Below, piece after piece: positions 53,798 to 63,868 of a DNA stretch of 64,000 nucleotides. The notes beneath the pieces are model-generated. The model saw only the letters and a program-made list of their open reading frames with translations. It was not told where the DNA came from and ran no database searches. This DNA is from an uncultured Thermoanaerobaculia bacterium. GTDB lineage: Bacteria; Acidobacteriota; Thermoanaerobaculia; Multivoradales; J023. Position numbers and translations under genes: made by a program. The stretch lies in the NCBI GenBank assembly GCA_964565225.1, contig CAZMEL010000008.1:1876-65875 (forward strand), written 5' to 3'. Numbering within the stretch: the stretch's first letter is position 1; the number at the start of each line of letters is the position of its first letter.

Positions 53798-56568
53798 CAG
53801 CCGTCCGCCGCCGCGTAGGCGCCGCGGAAGACCTGCTTCGGCAGAGCCTCCGCCCCGTCGGCCGGCTCGATTCGCACGGCGCAGACCTTGTACTCCCCGG
53901 TGCCGGTCACCGCGTCTCCGGCGTCGGTGGTCAGGTGGTTGGTCTTCGCATCCGGGAAGTGGAACGGCATCCACACGACCCCCGGCCGCACCTGCCGGCT
54001 GACCATCGCCCGGCAGCGCACCTTGCCACGCCGGCTGACCACGTCCACCATCGCTCCGTCCTCGATGCCCAGCCGCCGGGCGTCGCGACGGTGGATCTCC
54101 ACGAAGCTCTCGGGCTGTTTGCCGCTCAGGCCCTCGGAACGCCGGGTCTGGGTGCCGGCGTTGTAGTGGTAGAGGGTGCGACCGGTGGAGAGCACCAGCG
54201 GGTACTCGGGATCCGCGGTCTCGAAGGGCGGCCGGAACTCCACCGCCTGGAAGAGCCCTTTGCCGCGCAGAACGCCCCCCTTGTGCAGGTACTCGGTGCT
54301 CTCGTCCTCGGCGCTCTCGACCGGCCACTGCAGGCCACCCTCGCGCTCGATCCGGTCGTAGGAGATGCCGGCGAACTTGGGCGCCAACGACGCCAGCTCG
54401 TCGTAGATCTCCCCGGGCCCGAAATCTTCGGGATGCTCGAAACCCGCCCGGCGCATGAGCTCCAGCAGGATCTCCCAGTCGGCCCGGGCCTCGCCCGGCG
54501 GCTCCACCGCCTTCCGCACGCGCTGCACTCGGCGATCGGAGTTGGTGAAGACCCCGTCCTTCTCGGCGAAACAGCTCGCGGGCAACACCACGTCGGCCCA
54601 GCGGCAGCTCTCGTTGAAGAAGATGTCCTGCACGACCAGGAAGTCGATGCCGTTGAGACCCTCCTCCACCCGGCCGGCGTTGGGCTCGGAGATCACGATG
54701 TCCTCGCCCATGAGGAACATGCCGCGAATGCCTCCCGGCCCGAGCTTCTTCATCATCTCGTTGAGATTGAGGCCCCGGGTCTCGCTCTGCTCCACCCCCC
54801 AGGCCTGGGCGAACTTCTCCCGGACCGCCGCGTCCTCTGCCTTCTGATAGCCGGGATAGAAGACCGGCGTGGCCCCGGCGTCGTTGGCTCCCTGCACGTT
54901 GTTCTGGCCCCGCAGCGGATTCATGCCGGCGGAACGGATGCCCAGGTGCCCGGTCATCAACACCAGGTTGGAGAGAGCGTAGACGTTGTCGGTGCCGGTG
55001 GTGTGCTCGGTAATGCCGAGGGTGTAGTAGATCCCGGCCTTGCGGGTGGTGGCGTACTGCCGCGCCACCTCGCGGATCATCTCTGCCGGCACTCCGGTCA
55101 CTTTCTCCGCCTCTTCCGGCGGATACCGCAGCACCGTTTGCCGCACCGACTCGAAATTCTCGGTGTTGGCCTCGATCCAGGCCCGGTCTTCGAGCCCCTC
55201 GCTGACGATCACGTGGGCCATGGCGTTGAGCAGCCAGACGTCGGTACCCGGCTCGAGCTGCAGGTGCCAGTCGGCGATCTCCGTGAGCCAGATGGCCCGC
55301 GGATCGGCCACGGCCAGCTTGGCTCCCCGCTGCACCGCCCGTTTCATCTCCATGGCGATGATCGGATGCGCCTCGGTGGTGTTCGACCCGGTGACGAAGA
55401 GAAAATCGGCGTCACGAATCTCCGGGATCGAGTTCGTCATCGCGCCGGCTCCGAAGGTGGCCACCAGACCGGCGACCGTCGGAGCGTGTCACGTCGCAGC
55501 ACATTGATGGACGTTGTGGGTTCCGAACACTGCCCGCGCCATCTTCTGCACCAGGTAGTTCTCCTCCACCGTGCAGCGGCTCGAGCTGATGAAGGCCAGG
55601 GAATCGCTGCCGTGGCGTTCGGAGACTCCCTGCAGACCGGCCACCGCCCGGTCGAGAGCTTCGTCCCACGAAGCGGGATGCAGCTCGCCATCGGCACCGC
55701 GTACCAGGGGTTGGGAGAGGCGTTCCGAGTGGTGGATGAAGTCGTTGGCGAAGCGCCCTTTGACACAGAGATTGCCGTCGTTGACCGTGGTTCCCGGCGG
55801 CGGGCTGGTGACCTTCACCACCCGGTTGCTCTCGCGATCGACGTTGAGGTCGACCTGGCAGCCGACGCCGCAGAAGTTGCAGGTGCTGCGGACCTTCTCG
55901 AGCTCCCGCTCGGGTTTGCCGTAGGCCAGGGCGGGTTTTTCGGTCATCGCCCCGGTCGGGCAGACGTCGACACAACCGCCACAGAGCTCGCAGGTGGTGT
56001 CGGTCAGGGGTCGCGCGTCGGCGGTGGCGATCGTGGTCTCGGCGCCCCGGCTGGCGAGGGTGATGGCGCTCACCGCCTCCACCTGGTCGCAGTATCGAGT
56101 GCAGAGGCTGCACAGGATGCAGCGATCGGGCCGGTAGGCGATGAAGGGGTTGTCGTCGTCGGGCCGGCCGGCCCTCTGCGGCTCCACCGCCGGCCAGGAG
56201 CCCGCGGTGCCGTAGGCGTCGGCCAGGTCGTGGACCTTCGAAGGGTTGTTGTCCTCGGCGACGGCGCGATCCTCGATCGTGTCGGCGAGGTGCAGGGAGA
56301 GGATGAACTGGCGATTCCGCTCCACCCGCGAGGTCTGGGTCCGCACCACCAGATTCTTGGCGGCTTTGTAGGAGCAGGCGGGCTGCATGAGGCGCGAGCC
56401 CTCGACCTCCACCAGGCACATCCGGCAGGCACCTGCAGGGCTCAGCCGCGGGTCGTAGCAGAGGGTGGGAATCTCGATACCCGCCCGGCCCGCTGCCTGC
56501 AGAACCGTCTCCCCTTCGTCGAAGGAGAGCTCGTTGCCGTCGATCACCATCAGCTTGCGGTCGCTCAT
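53797..56568 (-). CDS. fdsA: NAD-dependent formate dehydrogenase alpha subunit (FdsA/FdhF-type molybdopterin enzyme) with in-frame UGA selenocysteine codon at 55489-55491
   Basis: Single continuous frame of 924 codons from ATG 56568 (GGAGGTG RBS; MSDRKLMVIDG). 2Fe-2S ferredoxin domain, 4Fe-4S motifs (CILCSLCTRYC; CELCGGCVDVCP), then FGTHNVHQCAAT-UGA-HAPTVAGLVATFGAGAMTNSI aligning to E. coli FdhF RCRV-U(140)-HGPSVAGLHQSVGNGAMSNAI. The track splits it into 55489-57606 and 53797-55464. Confidence 0.85.
55489..55491 (-). other. In-frame UGA (selenocysteine) recoding site within fdsA
   Basis: TGA is flanked on both sides by continuous FDH-homologous coding sequence in the same frame, at the position of the FdhF Sec/Cys Mo ligand. 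Confidence 0.8.
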
Positions 56569-58109
56569 CACGACACCTCCTGAGAGCTTCGCTCTGCGAG
56601 TTGTCCGAATTCTTCGGGAAAATACTTCATCGCACTCTCCAGGGCGTAGAAGGCGGCCTGCCCGAGGCCACAGATGCTCGCCTCCCCCATGCCCCACATC
56701 ACCTCGCCGAGGTGATCGAGGACCCCCGGATCCCCGTGCTGCCGGTAGCGCTGGAGGGACTGCCGGATCATCTGGGTACCGATACGACAGGGCGAGCACT
56801 GGCCGCAGGATTCGTCTTCGAAGAAAACCGCCTGATTGAGAGCCGCCTCTACCATGTCGACCGAATCGTTCAGCACCACCACTCCGGCGGAGCCCAACAT
56901 GCTGCCTTCCGCCTGGAGGGTCCTGAAATCGAGGGCGAGGTCCGATTTCGACGCCGGCAGGAATCCGCTCGACGCCCCGCCCGGGGAAAAAGCCTTGAGG
57001 GTACCGACCAGCCCCCCCGCGAGCTCGATCAGCTCGTCGAGGGAGATACCCAGGGGCGCCTCGTAGACGCCCGGACGCTGCACATGCCCCGACACGCAGT
57101 AGAGCTTCGAGCCCGGCTCGCCGCGGCCGAGGCCGCGGAACCAGTCGCCGCCGCGGGCGAGGATCGCCGGCACACAGGCGATGGTCTCGACGTTCTGGAT
57201 CAAGGTCGGCTTGCCGCGGAATCCGTGGCTGACGGGAAAGGGTGGCTTCATACGCGGCATGCCGCGTTTGCCCTCGAGACTCTCCAGCAAAGCGGTTTCC
57301 TCGCCGCAGATGTAGGCGCCGTGGCCGTCGATGAAATGCCAGCGCGGGGTCTCGCCGAGATGTCCGCGCTCTCGGGCCGTCGCGAGGGCCGCCATGGTGG
57401 CGTCGCGCGCCGCCTCGAACTCCCCGCGGATGTAGAGGTAGATGTCGTCGGCCTCGAGGCAGTGGGCGGCGATGGCCAGCCCTTCGATCACCAGGTGTGG
57501 GCGCCGCAGCATCACCTCGCGGTCCTTGAAGGTCCCGGGCTCGCCCTCGTCGGCGTTGAGCACGATGTAGCGCTCGGTCTCGGCCTGGCCCCGCACCCCG
57601 TTCCACTTGATGAAGGCCGGGAAACCGGCGCCCCCGCGGCCCTGCAGGCCGGCGCCTTCGAGCTGCTCGCAGACCCAGTCGGCGCCCCGCTCACGAGCTC
57701 CGGCCAGCGCCTCGTAGTCGAGGTCTTCAGACCCGGCGAGGTCGATGGCCAGCTCCCCCGATCCGGCCCCGACGATCCCCGGCGGAGCGGCGGTGCCGCC
57801 GTGGGGCTCCCAGGTCGCCGGCGCGAGGTCGCAACGACCGAGGCACGAGGCGTAGGTCGCTGCCTTGCCCGTGGCTTCGAGGTCGGCCATCAGCTGTTGG
57901 CTGCCCGCCAGCTGGCAGGACAACCCCTGGCAGACCCGGGTTCCCGCCTCGGGATCCGAGATCAGGTGGTAGAAGGTCGCGGTGCCGTAGACGTCGGCCT
58001 CGGGAACGCCGGTCGCCTTGTGCACGGCCCGCGCCACCCCGGTCCTCAGGCCTCCTTCTTCTTCGAGCACGGGAAGCACCGATTCCCGTCGTGCCGTTTT
58101 TGGTTGCAT
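56568..58109 (-). CDS. fdsB: NAD-dependent formate dehydrogenase beta subunit / NuoF-like flavoprotein with fused N-terminal NuoE-like 2Fe-2S domain (FdsGB-type)
   Basis: Start MQPKTARRE. N-terminal NuoE-like Cys pattern (CQGLSC...CLGRC). NuoF region with NADH/FMN motifs (GRGGAGFP; DEGEPGTFKDR) and a 4Fe-4S motif (ESCGQCSPCR). Stop overlaps the fdsA ATG (TGATG). Confidence 0.85.
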   Translation of the reverse strand: MQPKTARRESVLPVLEEEGGLRTGVARAVHKATGVPEADVYGTATFYHLISDPEAGTRVCQGLSCQLAGSQQLMADLEATGKAATYASCLGRCDLAPATWEPHGGTAAPPGIVGAGSGELAIDLAGSEDLDYEALAGARERGADWVCEQLEGAGLQGRGGAGFPAFIKWNGVRGQAETERYIVLNADEGEPGTFKDREVMLRRPHLVIEGLAIAAHCLEADDIYLYIRGEFEAARDATMAALATARERGHLGETPRWHFIDGHGAYICGEETALLESLEGKRGMPRMKPPFPVSHGFRGKPTLIQNVETIACVPAILARGGDWFRGLGRGEPGSKLYCVSGHVQRPGVYEAPLGISLDELIELAGGLVGTLKAFSPGGASSGFLPASKSDLALDFRTLQAEGSMLGSAGVVVLNDSVDMVEAALNQAVFFEDESCGQCSPCRIGTQMIRQSLQRYRQHGDPGVLDHLGEVMWGMGEASICGLGQAAFYALESAMKYFPEEFGQLAERSSQEVS

Positions 58110-58234
58110 GATTTGTGAGTATATCGTGCCACCCGGTGATTCGGGGCACGATCGGCAGACCCTGCCGGCAACGAATCGATACAATTCAACCGACGTTTCC
58201 CTTCATCGACGAGCCCCACCCAGCCGGAGGAACC

Positions 58235-59458
58235 ATGCCACGATCCGCTCTCCCGTTCGCCCTGTTCGCCGCCCTGGTGGCGGCGGCAGGCCCTCTCAGC
58301 GCCCAGAACCAGATCGTCGCCCCGCCGGGAACCGCGGTCGGGCTGCCCTTCAGCCCGGGGGTGCTCTCGGGGGATTTCCTGTTCCTCTCCGGAGCCCTCG
58401 GCAACGTGCCCGGCACCCTCGACGTCCCCGGGGACGTGACCGCCCAGACCCACCGTACCCTCGACAACCTGAAGACCGTGCTCGAGGCCGCCGGCCTCGA
58501 CTTCTCCCGGGTGGTCGACACCAACGTCTACCTGGCCGACGCCCGCTTCTTCAGTGAGTTCGCCGCCGTGTACAACGAGGTGGTCCCGGAGCCGCGACCG
58601 GCCCGCACCACGGTGGAGGCCGCAATCGCCCTGCCGGCCGCCCTCACCGAGGTGTCGATGATCGCCGCCCGGCCCGGTGTCCCGGTGCGCTCCGTCCAGC
58701 CGGAGGGATGGCCCGCCACCGGCGGCGCCTACAGCTGGGGCAAGCTGGCCGGAGACACGCTATTCGTCGCCGGCATGGTGTCCAACGATCCGGCGACCGG
58801 CGAGCTGGTGCTCGGCGATGCCGGCGTGCAGACCCGCCAGGCCATGACCAATGTCGGCAAGGTGCTCGAGGCCGCAGGCATGAGCTTCGACGACGTGGTG
58901 TCGTGCCGGGTCTATCTGCCCGAGACCCGCGACTACGGCGCCATGAACGAGGTCTACCCGACCTTCTTCTCGGCGTCCCCCCCGGCCCGCGCCACGGTCT
59001 CCGCCCGGCTCGTGCATCCCCTGCTCAAGATCGAGGTCCAGTGCACGGCGGTGGCGGGCGAAGGTCGCCGCGTCGTGCTGCCCGCGGGCCAGCAGCCGCG
59101 GAAGATCCTCTCCCCGGCGATCCGGGTCGGCGACCGGCTCTTTCTCTCGGGCATGGTCGGGCGCAATGCCGAAGGGAAATATCCAGCGGGGGTCGAAGCC
59201 CAGACCCACGTGGTCTTCGATCGCCTCCAGGCGACCCTCGAAGCGGCGGGAATGAGCTTCGCCGACGTCCGCGATGCCTACGTCTATCTCACCGACATCC
59301 GCCACTACGACGTGATGAACAAGGTCTACCGCGAGCGCATGGGCGAGGAGCCACCGGCCCGGGCGACGGTCGGCACGGTCCTGATGTCTCCCGATGCCCT
59401 GGTGGAGATCCAGATGACCGCCCTGAAGGCCGGAGCGAAGGCGGCCGCTCAGGACTGA
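58235..59458 (+). CDS. Secreted protein with three tandem RidA/YjgF/TdcF-family domains
   Basis: Signal peptide MPRSALPFALFAALVAAAGPLSA. Three ~125-aa RidA-like units starting near PFSPGVLSGDFLFLSG, AYSWGKLAGDTLFVAG and ILSPAIRVGDRLFLSG, each ending in a RidA-like ...ARxTVxxxL...VEI motif. Confidence 0.75.
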   Translation: MPRSALPFALFAALVAAAGPLSAQNQIVAPPGTAVGLPFSPGVLSGDFLFLSGALGNVPGTLDVPGDVTAQTHRTLDNLKTVLEAAGLDFSRVVDTNVYLADARFFSEFAAVYNEVVPEPRPARTTVEAAIALPAALTEVSMIAARPGVPVRSVQPEGWPATGGAYSWGKLAGDTLFVAGMVSNDPATGELVLGDAGVQTRQAMTNVGKVLEAAGMSFDDVVSCRVYLPETRDYGAMNEVYPTFFSASPPARATVSARLVHPLLKIEVQCTAVAGEGRRVVLPAGQQPRKILSPAIRVGDRLFLSGMVGRNAEGKYPAGVEAQTHVVFDRLQATLEAAGMSFADVRDAYVYLTDIRHYDVMNKVYRERMGEEPPARATVGTVLMSPDALVEIQMTALKAGAKAAAQD

Positions 59459-60201
59459 AGGGAGCGGCGGATCGTCGCCAGGATCTCCGCCTCGACCTCC
59501 TGCAGGAAGAAGTGGCCCTGGGGAAAGATCTCGATAGAGAACGGACCCGAAGACATCTCTCTCCAGGCCTTCACTCCATCGAGGCTGGCCTCCTGGTCGT
59601 GCTCCCCGGCAAAGGCCGTGAACGGGCAGGTGAGCTGGCGCTTTGGGAGAAAGCGGTACGTTTCGTTGACCTCCAGATCGGCACGTACCAGCGGCTCGAG
59701 CAGACTCATCAGCTCTTCGTGCTCCAACACCTCCGGAGGTGTGCCTCCCATGCGGCGCAGGTTCTCGCGAAACTCCTTCTGCTCCATGGTGTGCATCGGC
59801 ACTTCGCGGATGGGCCAGGGTGGTGCGTTGCGCGCCGACGGAAAGAAATGCACCGGCTCGACTCCCTTCTCCTCGGCCACTCTTCGCGCGAGCTCGAAGG
59901 CGATTACCGAGCCGAGGCTGTGGCCGAAGAAGGCGAAAGGACGCTCCAGGTCGGCTTCGAGAGCCGGATAGAGCGCCTCGATCACGTCGCACAGCTTGCG
60001 GAAGGGCGGCTCCCGAATCCGGCGTTCGCGACCGGGTAGCTGCACCGGGCAGACGTCGATCTCCGGACCGAGCTGGCGTCCCCAGGTGCGAAACACCGAG
60101 GCAGCGCCACCGGCGAAGGGAAAACAGAACAGGCGGACCCGGGCACTCGGCGAAGGGTGGCCCATCGGTAGCCAGGGATTGGAGCTCGAAGAATGGCTCA
60201 T
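59449..60201 (-). CDS. Type II thioesterase-like alpha/beta hydrolase (GrsT/TEII family)
   Basis: LFCFPFAGGAASVF; nucleophile elbow GHSLGS; 250 aa. No NRPS/PKS gene in the window. Confidence 0.75.
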   Translation of the reverse strand: MSHSSSSNPWLPMGHPSPSARVRLFCFPFAGGAASVFRTWGRQLGPEIDVCPVQLPGRERRIREPPFRKLCDVIEALYPALEADLERPFAFFGHSLGSVIAFELARRVAEEKGVEPVHFFPSARNAPPWPIREVPMHTMEQKEFRENLRRMGGTPPEVLEHEELMSLLEPLVRADLEVNETYRFLPKRQLTCPFTAFAGEHDQEASLDGVKAWREMSSGPFSIEIFPQGHFFLQEVEAEILATIRRSLQS

Positions 60202-60329
60202 GGTCTCTCCGAATTTCTATGCGATCTGGTGTTCTGTAGACGTCGTGGAACGGACCGGGGAATGTTACTCCAAGGGCGGCGACTTTTCGAACCCGCCCGG
60301 CACCTCGCGGGAGGGGATAAGCTCGGGCC

Positions 60330-61784
60330 ATGTCGCGGTTTCTCCAGCCACTCCGCTGGTTTCGAGGGTCGTCCGCGGTCCACGGCTGGGCAGGGCTGTC
60401 GCTGGTCGGCTATGGTTACGCGGCGATCGGCCTGGGCGTCTCGGGCTCTCCCGCCCATCTCCACGACTTCCTCCTGCTCTTCGTTGGCCTCTTCGGGCTC
60501 CTGCTCCTCGCCCTGCGCTCCATGGTCCGCTCGACGGATGTCGGCGCCCCGGCGCTTCTGGGTTGGGCCCTGCTCTTCCGCCTCGCGCTGGTCCCCGCCG
60601 GCCTGCCCCCGGAGTCCTGGGCCCCTGATCTGCAGAGCGACCTCGGCTCGGCCGAGGTGACCTATCGACCCTTCCTGCTCTACGACAACGACATCTGGCG
60701 CTATCTCTGGGACGGCCACGTCACCGCCGAGACCTCCGATCCCTATGCGTATTCCCCCGCCGAGATCGAGGCACGCGCCGACGCCGGAGACCCGGTGGCC
60801 GAGGCCCTGCTCGAGGACGATCGCTGGCTCGACGTCTTCGACCAGGTGACCTACAAGAGCCACCGCACGGTGTATCCCCCCCTGGCCCAGGCCCTCTTCG
60901 TTTTCTGTGCCCTGGCGGCCCCTGCGAGCGTCGCCTTCTTCAAGCTCCTGTTGATCCTCTTCGATCTCGGGACCTGCTGGCTGCTCGTAGATCTCCTGCG
61001 ACGCCGCGGCGACGCGCTCTGGCCGGCGGCGCTCTACGCCTGGAATCCGCTGGCGATCAAGGAGATCGCCGGGTCGGCCCACGTCGAGGGCCTGATGGTC
61101 TTCTGCCTCACCCTCACCTGGTATTGCTGCTTCCGCGGCTGGCCGCGCCGGGCGCTGCTCGCTTTCGCTGCCAGCGTGCTCACCAAGCTGACGCCGATTC
61201 TGGTCGCCCCGTTGTTGTTGAAACGAACGCCGATCCGCTGGTGGCCGCTGCCGGCGCTGGTGGTCGTCGCCGCGTACCTGCCGTTTCTCGGATCTCTCCG
61301 GGAGATGGCGGAGGGGCTTTCCCGTTTCGCCGCGGAGTGGACCTTCAACGCCGGCCCGTGGAAGCTCTTCTACGGCTTCTTTCACCTCCACCTCGGGCTG
61401 CCCGGCCGCGCCGCTGCCGACCTGGTGACCCTGGCGGCTACCGGCCTGGTGTTGCTCTATTTCCTGCTGCGCGACGACGGGGCCTTCGACACCCTCACTC
61501 GCGGCGCCGGCCTGGTGCTCGGTACCTACCTCGTGCTCGGGCCCACGGTCATGCCCTGGTACCTGCTCTGGGTGCTGCCCCTGGCGGCTCTCCACCGCAG
61601 CTGGGCCTGGCTCTCCCTCACCGCTCTCAGCCTGCTCTCCTACCTGGTCTACATCGACCAGCGGGAGCACGCCTGGTGGCTGTGGATCGAATTCGGCGGT
61701 TTCTTCGCCGTCGGGCTCTGGGAGCTCAGGTTTCGCCGCGACGCTCGGCGAGGAAAGACTCGATCAGGGCCCGGGCAATACTGA
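60330..61784 (+). CDS. Polytopic membrane protein, GT-C-like glycosyltransferase (DUF2029 / GT87-like)
   Basis: ~11 predicted TM helices; DUF2029-like pattern (YDNDIWRY...VYPPLAQALF). Overlaps nudC convergently by ~59 bp. Confidence 0.65.
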   Translation: MSRFLQPLRWFRGSSAVHGWAGLSLVGYGYAAIGLGVSGSPAHLHDFLLLFVGLFGLLLLALRSMVRSTDVGAPALLGWALLFRLALVPAGLPPESWAPDLQSDLGSAEVTYRPFLLYDNDIWRYLWDGHVTAETSDPYAYSPAEIEARADAGDPVAEALLEDDRWLDVFDQVTYKSHRTVYPPLAQALFVFCALAAPASVAFFKLLLILFDLGTCWLLVDLLRRRGDALWPAALYAWNPLAIKEIAGSAHVEGLMVFCLTLTWYCCFRGWPRRALLAFAASVLTKLTPILVAPLLLKRTPIRWWPLPALVVVAAYLPFLGSLREMAEGLSRFAAEWTFNAGPWKLFYGFFHLHLGLPGRAAADLVTLAATGLVLLYFLLRDDGAFDTLTRGAGLVLGTYLVLGPTVMPWYLLWVLPLAALHRSWAWLSLTALSLLSYLVYIDQREHAWWLWIEFGGFFAVGLWELRFRRDARRGKTRSGPGQY

Positions 61785-62574
61785 CCCGGGCCGGAATCCG
61801 CGGCAGATCGTCGGCCCGGTACCAGCCGGCGGCCTCGATCTCGACGCCGTCCACCTCGATCTCGCCTCCGGCATAGTCGGCCCGAAATCCCACCATCAGG
61901 GAATGGGGAAAGGGCCAGGGCTGACTGCCGAAGTAACGGATGTTCTCGACCTCGATGCCTACCTCTTCTCGGATCTCCCGGGCCACACAATGCTCCAGGG
62001 TCTCCCCCGGCTCCACGAAACCGGCCAGGGTGCTGAACATGCCGGGCAAGAAATGGGGCGAGCGGGCCAGCAACATCTCGTCGCCCCGCTCCACCAACAC
62101 GATCACCGCGGGGGCCAGCCGCGGAAAATGTGCCAGGCCGCACTTCGGGCAGCGGCGGCTGCGGTCCTGGTCCCTGCGCTCGGTCGCCGCGCCGCAGCGG
62201 CCGCAGAACTGGTGGTCGCGATCCCAGGCGACGATCTGCACCGCCCGGGCGGCGAGCCAGAAATGAGCCTCTTGGAGTGCGCCGAACAGGGAGCGCAGGC
62301 CGCGCAGCTCCGCCCCTTCCGGGAGCTCCGGCTCCGTATCGATTTCGAACGAGTGGATCTCCCGGCCCTCGAGATGGCCGAGAAACTGGACGCGCAGAGG
62401 CGCGATCCCCAGCTTCCGCAGCTCGGAAAAGGTGAAAATCCTCGCGCTCGTCTCGCCGGTCTCCACCAGGAGATCGCGATCCCGGAAGGCGAAGACCAGG
62501 GCTTCGTCGTCCGGACGACTGTCGTACACCGAGCCGGGGACGAAGGATGTGAGGAACGATTCGATGGAGAGCAA
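61726..62574 (-). CDS. nudC: NAD+ diphosphatase (NADH pyrophosphatase, Nudix hydrolase with zinc ribbon)
   Basis: Zinc ribbon CGRCGA...CPKCG, then Nudix box GFVEPGETLEHCVAREIREEVGI; NudC-length (282 aa). Confidence 0.88.
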   Translation of the reverse strand: MLSIESFLTSFVPGSVYDSRPDDEALVFAFRDRDLLVETGETSARIFTFSELRKLGIAPLRVQFLGHLEGREIHSFEIDTEPELPEGAELRGLRSLFGALQEAHFWLAARAVQIVAWDRDHQFCGRCGAATERRDQDRSRRCPKCGLAHFPRLAPAVIVLVERGDEMLLARSPHFLPGMFSTLAGFVEPGETLEHCVAREIREEVGIEVENIRYFGSQPWPFPHSLMVGFRADYAGGEIEVDGVEIEAAGWYRADDLPRIPARVSIARALIESFLAERRGET

Positions 62575-62618
62575 TCGAGAGACTCCGTTGCGACCGGTGG
62601 CGCCGATGATGCCGGGGC

Positions 62619-63512
62619 TCAGCGCCCGTAGCGGCGTTTTCGCTGGTCGTAGGCGCGCAGGGCGCGGAGAAAATCGATCTCGCGGAAGGCCGGCCAGTTG
62701 GTGTCGCAGAAGTAGAACTCGGAGTAGGCGCTCTGCCAGAGCAGGAATCCGGAGAGGCGCAGCTCACCGCTGGTCCGCAGGATCAGATCGGGCTCGGGCT
62801 GGCCGGAAGTATAGAGATGGGGCGTGATGGAATCGACATCGAGCTCTTCGAGGATCTCGTCGATCGTCCTTCCTTCGGCCGCCTTCTGGGAAATGAGCTG
62901 GCGAACCGCGTCGGCGATCTCCTGGCGGCCGCCATAGGCCATGGCGATGTTGAGCTGGAGCTGGTCGTAGTGCCGGGTCGCCTCCTCCACCCGGGCGATC
63001 TCTCGGCGCAGGCCCTCCGGAAGCATTTCGAGCCGGCCGATGAAGCGCACGCGAATGCGGTTGTCGTGCACCTCGGATCCCTCGGCCATTTCACGAGTCT
63101 TGGTCTCGAAGAGGCCGAGAAGCCCCTCCACCTCCGCCGCGCTGCGCTCGAAATTCTCGATGGAAAAACACCAAACGGTCACTACGGGAATGCCGAGCTC
63201 ACCACACCAGTTCAGAACTTCGTGCAGCTTCTCGGCCCCCATGTGATGGCCGTAGAGAGACGTATGGCTGCCGGCACTGCGCGCGAAACGCCGGTTGCCG
63301 TCCATGATCACCCCGAGATGTCGGGGCTGGTGAAAGGTATGGGCCTTGGCCCGCAGACGCCGCAGATACAGGGCGTAGAACGGTTTCTTCACGGACGCCT
63401 TGACCTTCTCCCACAACCAGGGGAGCACCGGCGATGGCGACGCCTCGTCCAGAGAACCGGGAACATCGACTCCGGAAACGACAGAACGGGAAACCACGAC
63501 CTCTTCGCTCAC
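62619..63512 (-). CDS. uppS: Di-trans,poly-cis undecaprenyl-diphosphate synthase
   Basis: PRHLGVIMDGNRRFA, TVWCFSIENFERS, RTSGELRLSGFLLWQSAYSEFYF. GTG start at 63512 with GGAGGAGG RBS; the track ORF extends further upstream to an ATG at 63599. Confidence 0.85.
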   Translation of the reverse strand: MSEEVVVSRSVVSGVDVPGSLDEASPSPVLPWLWEKVKASVKKPFYALYLRRLRAKAHTFHQPRHLGVIMDGNRRFARSAGSHTSLYGHHMGAEKLHEVLNWCGELGIPVVTVWCFSIENFERSAAEVEGLLGLFETKTREMAEGSEVHDNRIRVRFIGRLEMLPEGLRREIARVEEATRHYDQLQLNIAMAYGGRQEIADAVRQLISQKAAEGRTIDEILEELDVDSITPHLYTSGQPEPDLILRTSGELRLSGFLLWQSAYSEFYFCDTNWPAFREIDFLRALRAYDQRKRRYGR

Positions 63513-63868
63513 GAACAATCCTCCTCCGATTCGATCACCGTGCCGGCGATCGATTGCTTGGGTCCGCCCCGCGTGGGGCGTCGTGGTCGAGATCAACAAG
63601 AGAATATGCCGATCGTATGGCGATGACCGGGCGAAGGCGAGACGTAGCCTCCGGGCATCTGGGGCGGGTACGGTTCGTCTCGCTCCACGATCATATCGTT
63701 TTCCCGACTTTCGTTGAGATCTTCATGACGAAGCGCGATGTCTCGGCTGCTTGTGGGCTTCCTCGCCGAGCCGCTACAATTCACCCACAGATCATGAAGC
63801 TTTTCGGTCCGGGGGCTCGCCACGAGACTCCTTTCCACCTTCACTTCCAGACCCGGGAGAACTGATCG

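Noticed and set aside
53935-58118. ORFs 53935-56583 + and 56601-58118 +, opposite fdsA/fdsB
   Set aside because: Antisense to genes with Fe-S, Moco and NuoF motifs; low-complexity translations.
58760-61670. ORFs 58760-60331 - and 60198-61670 -
   Set aside because: Overlap the RidA-triple, thioesterase and GT87-like genes in other frames. The membrane-protein and RidA frames have coherent hydrophobicity and motifs.
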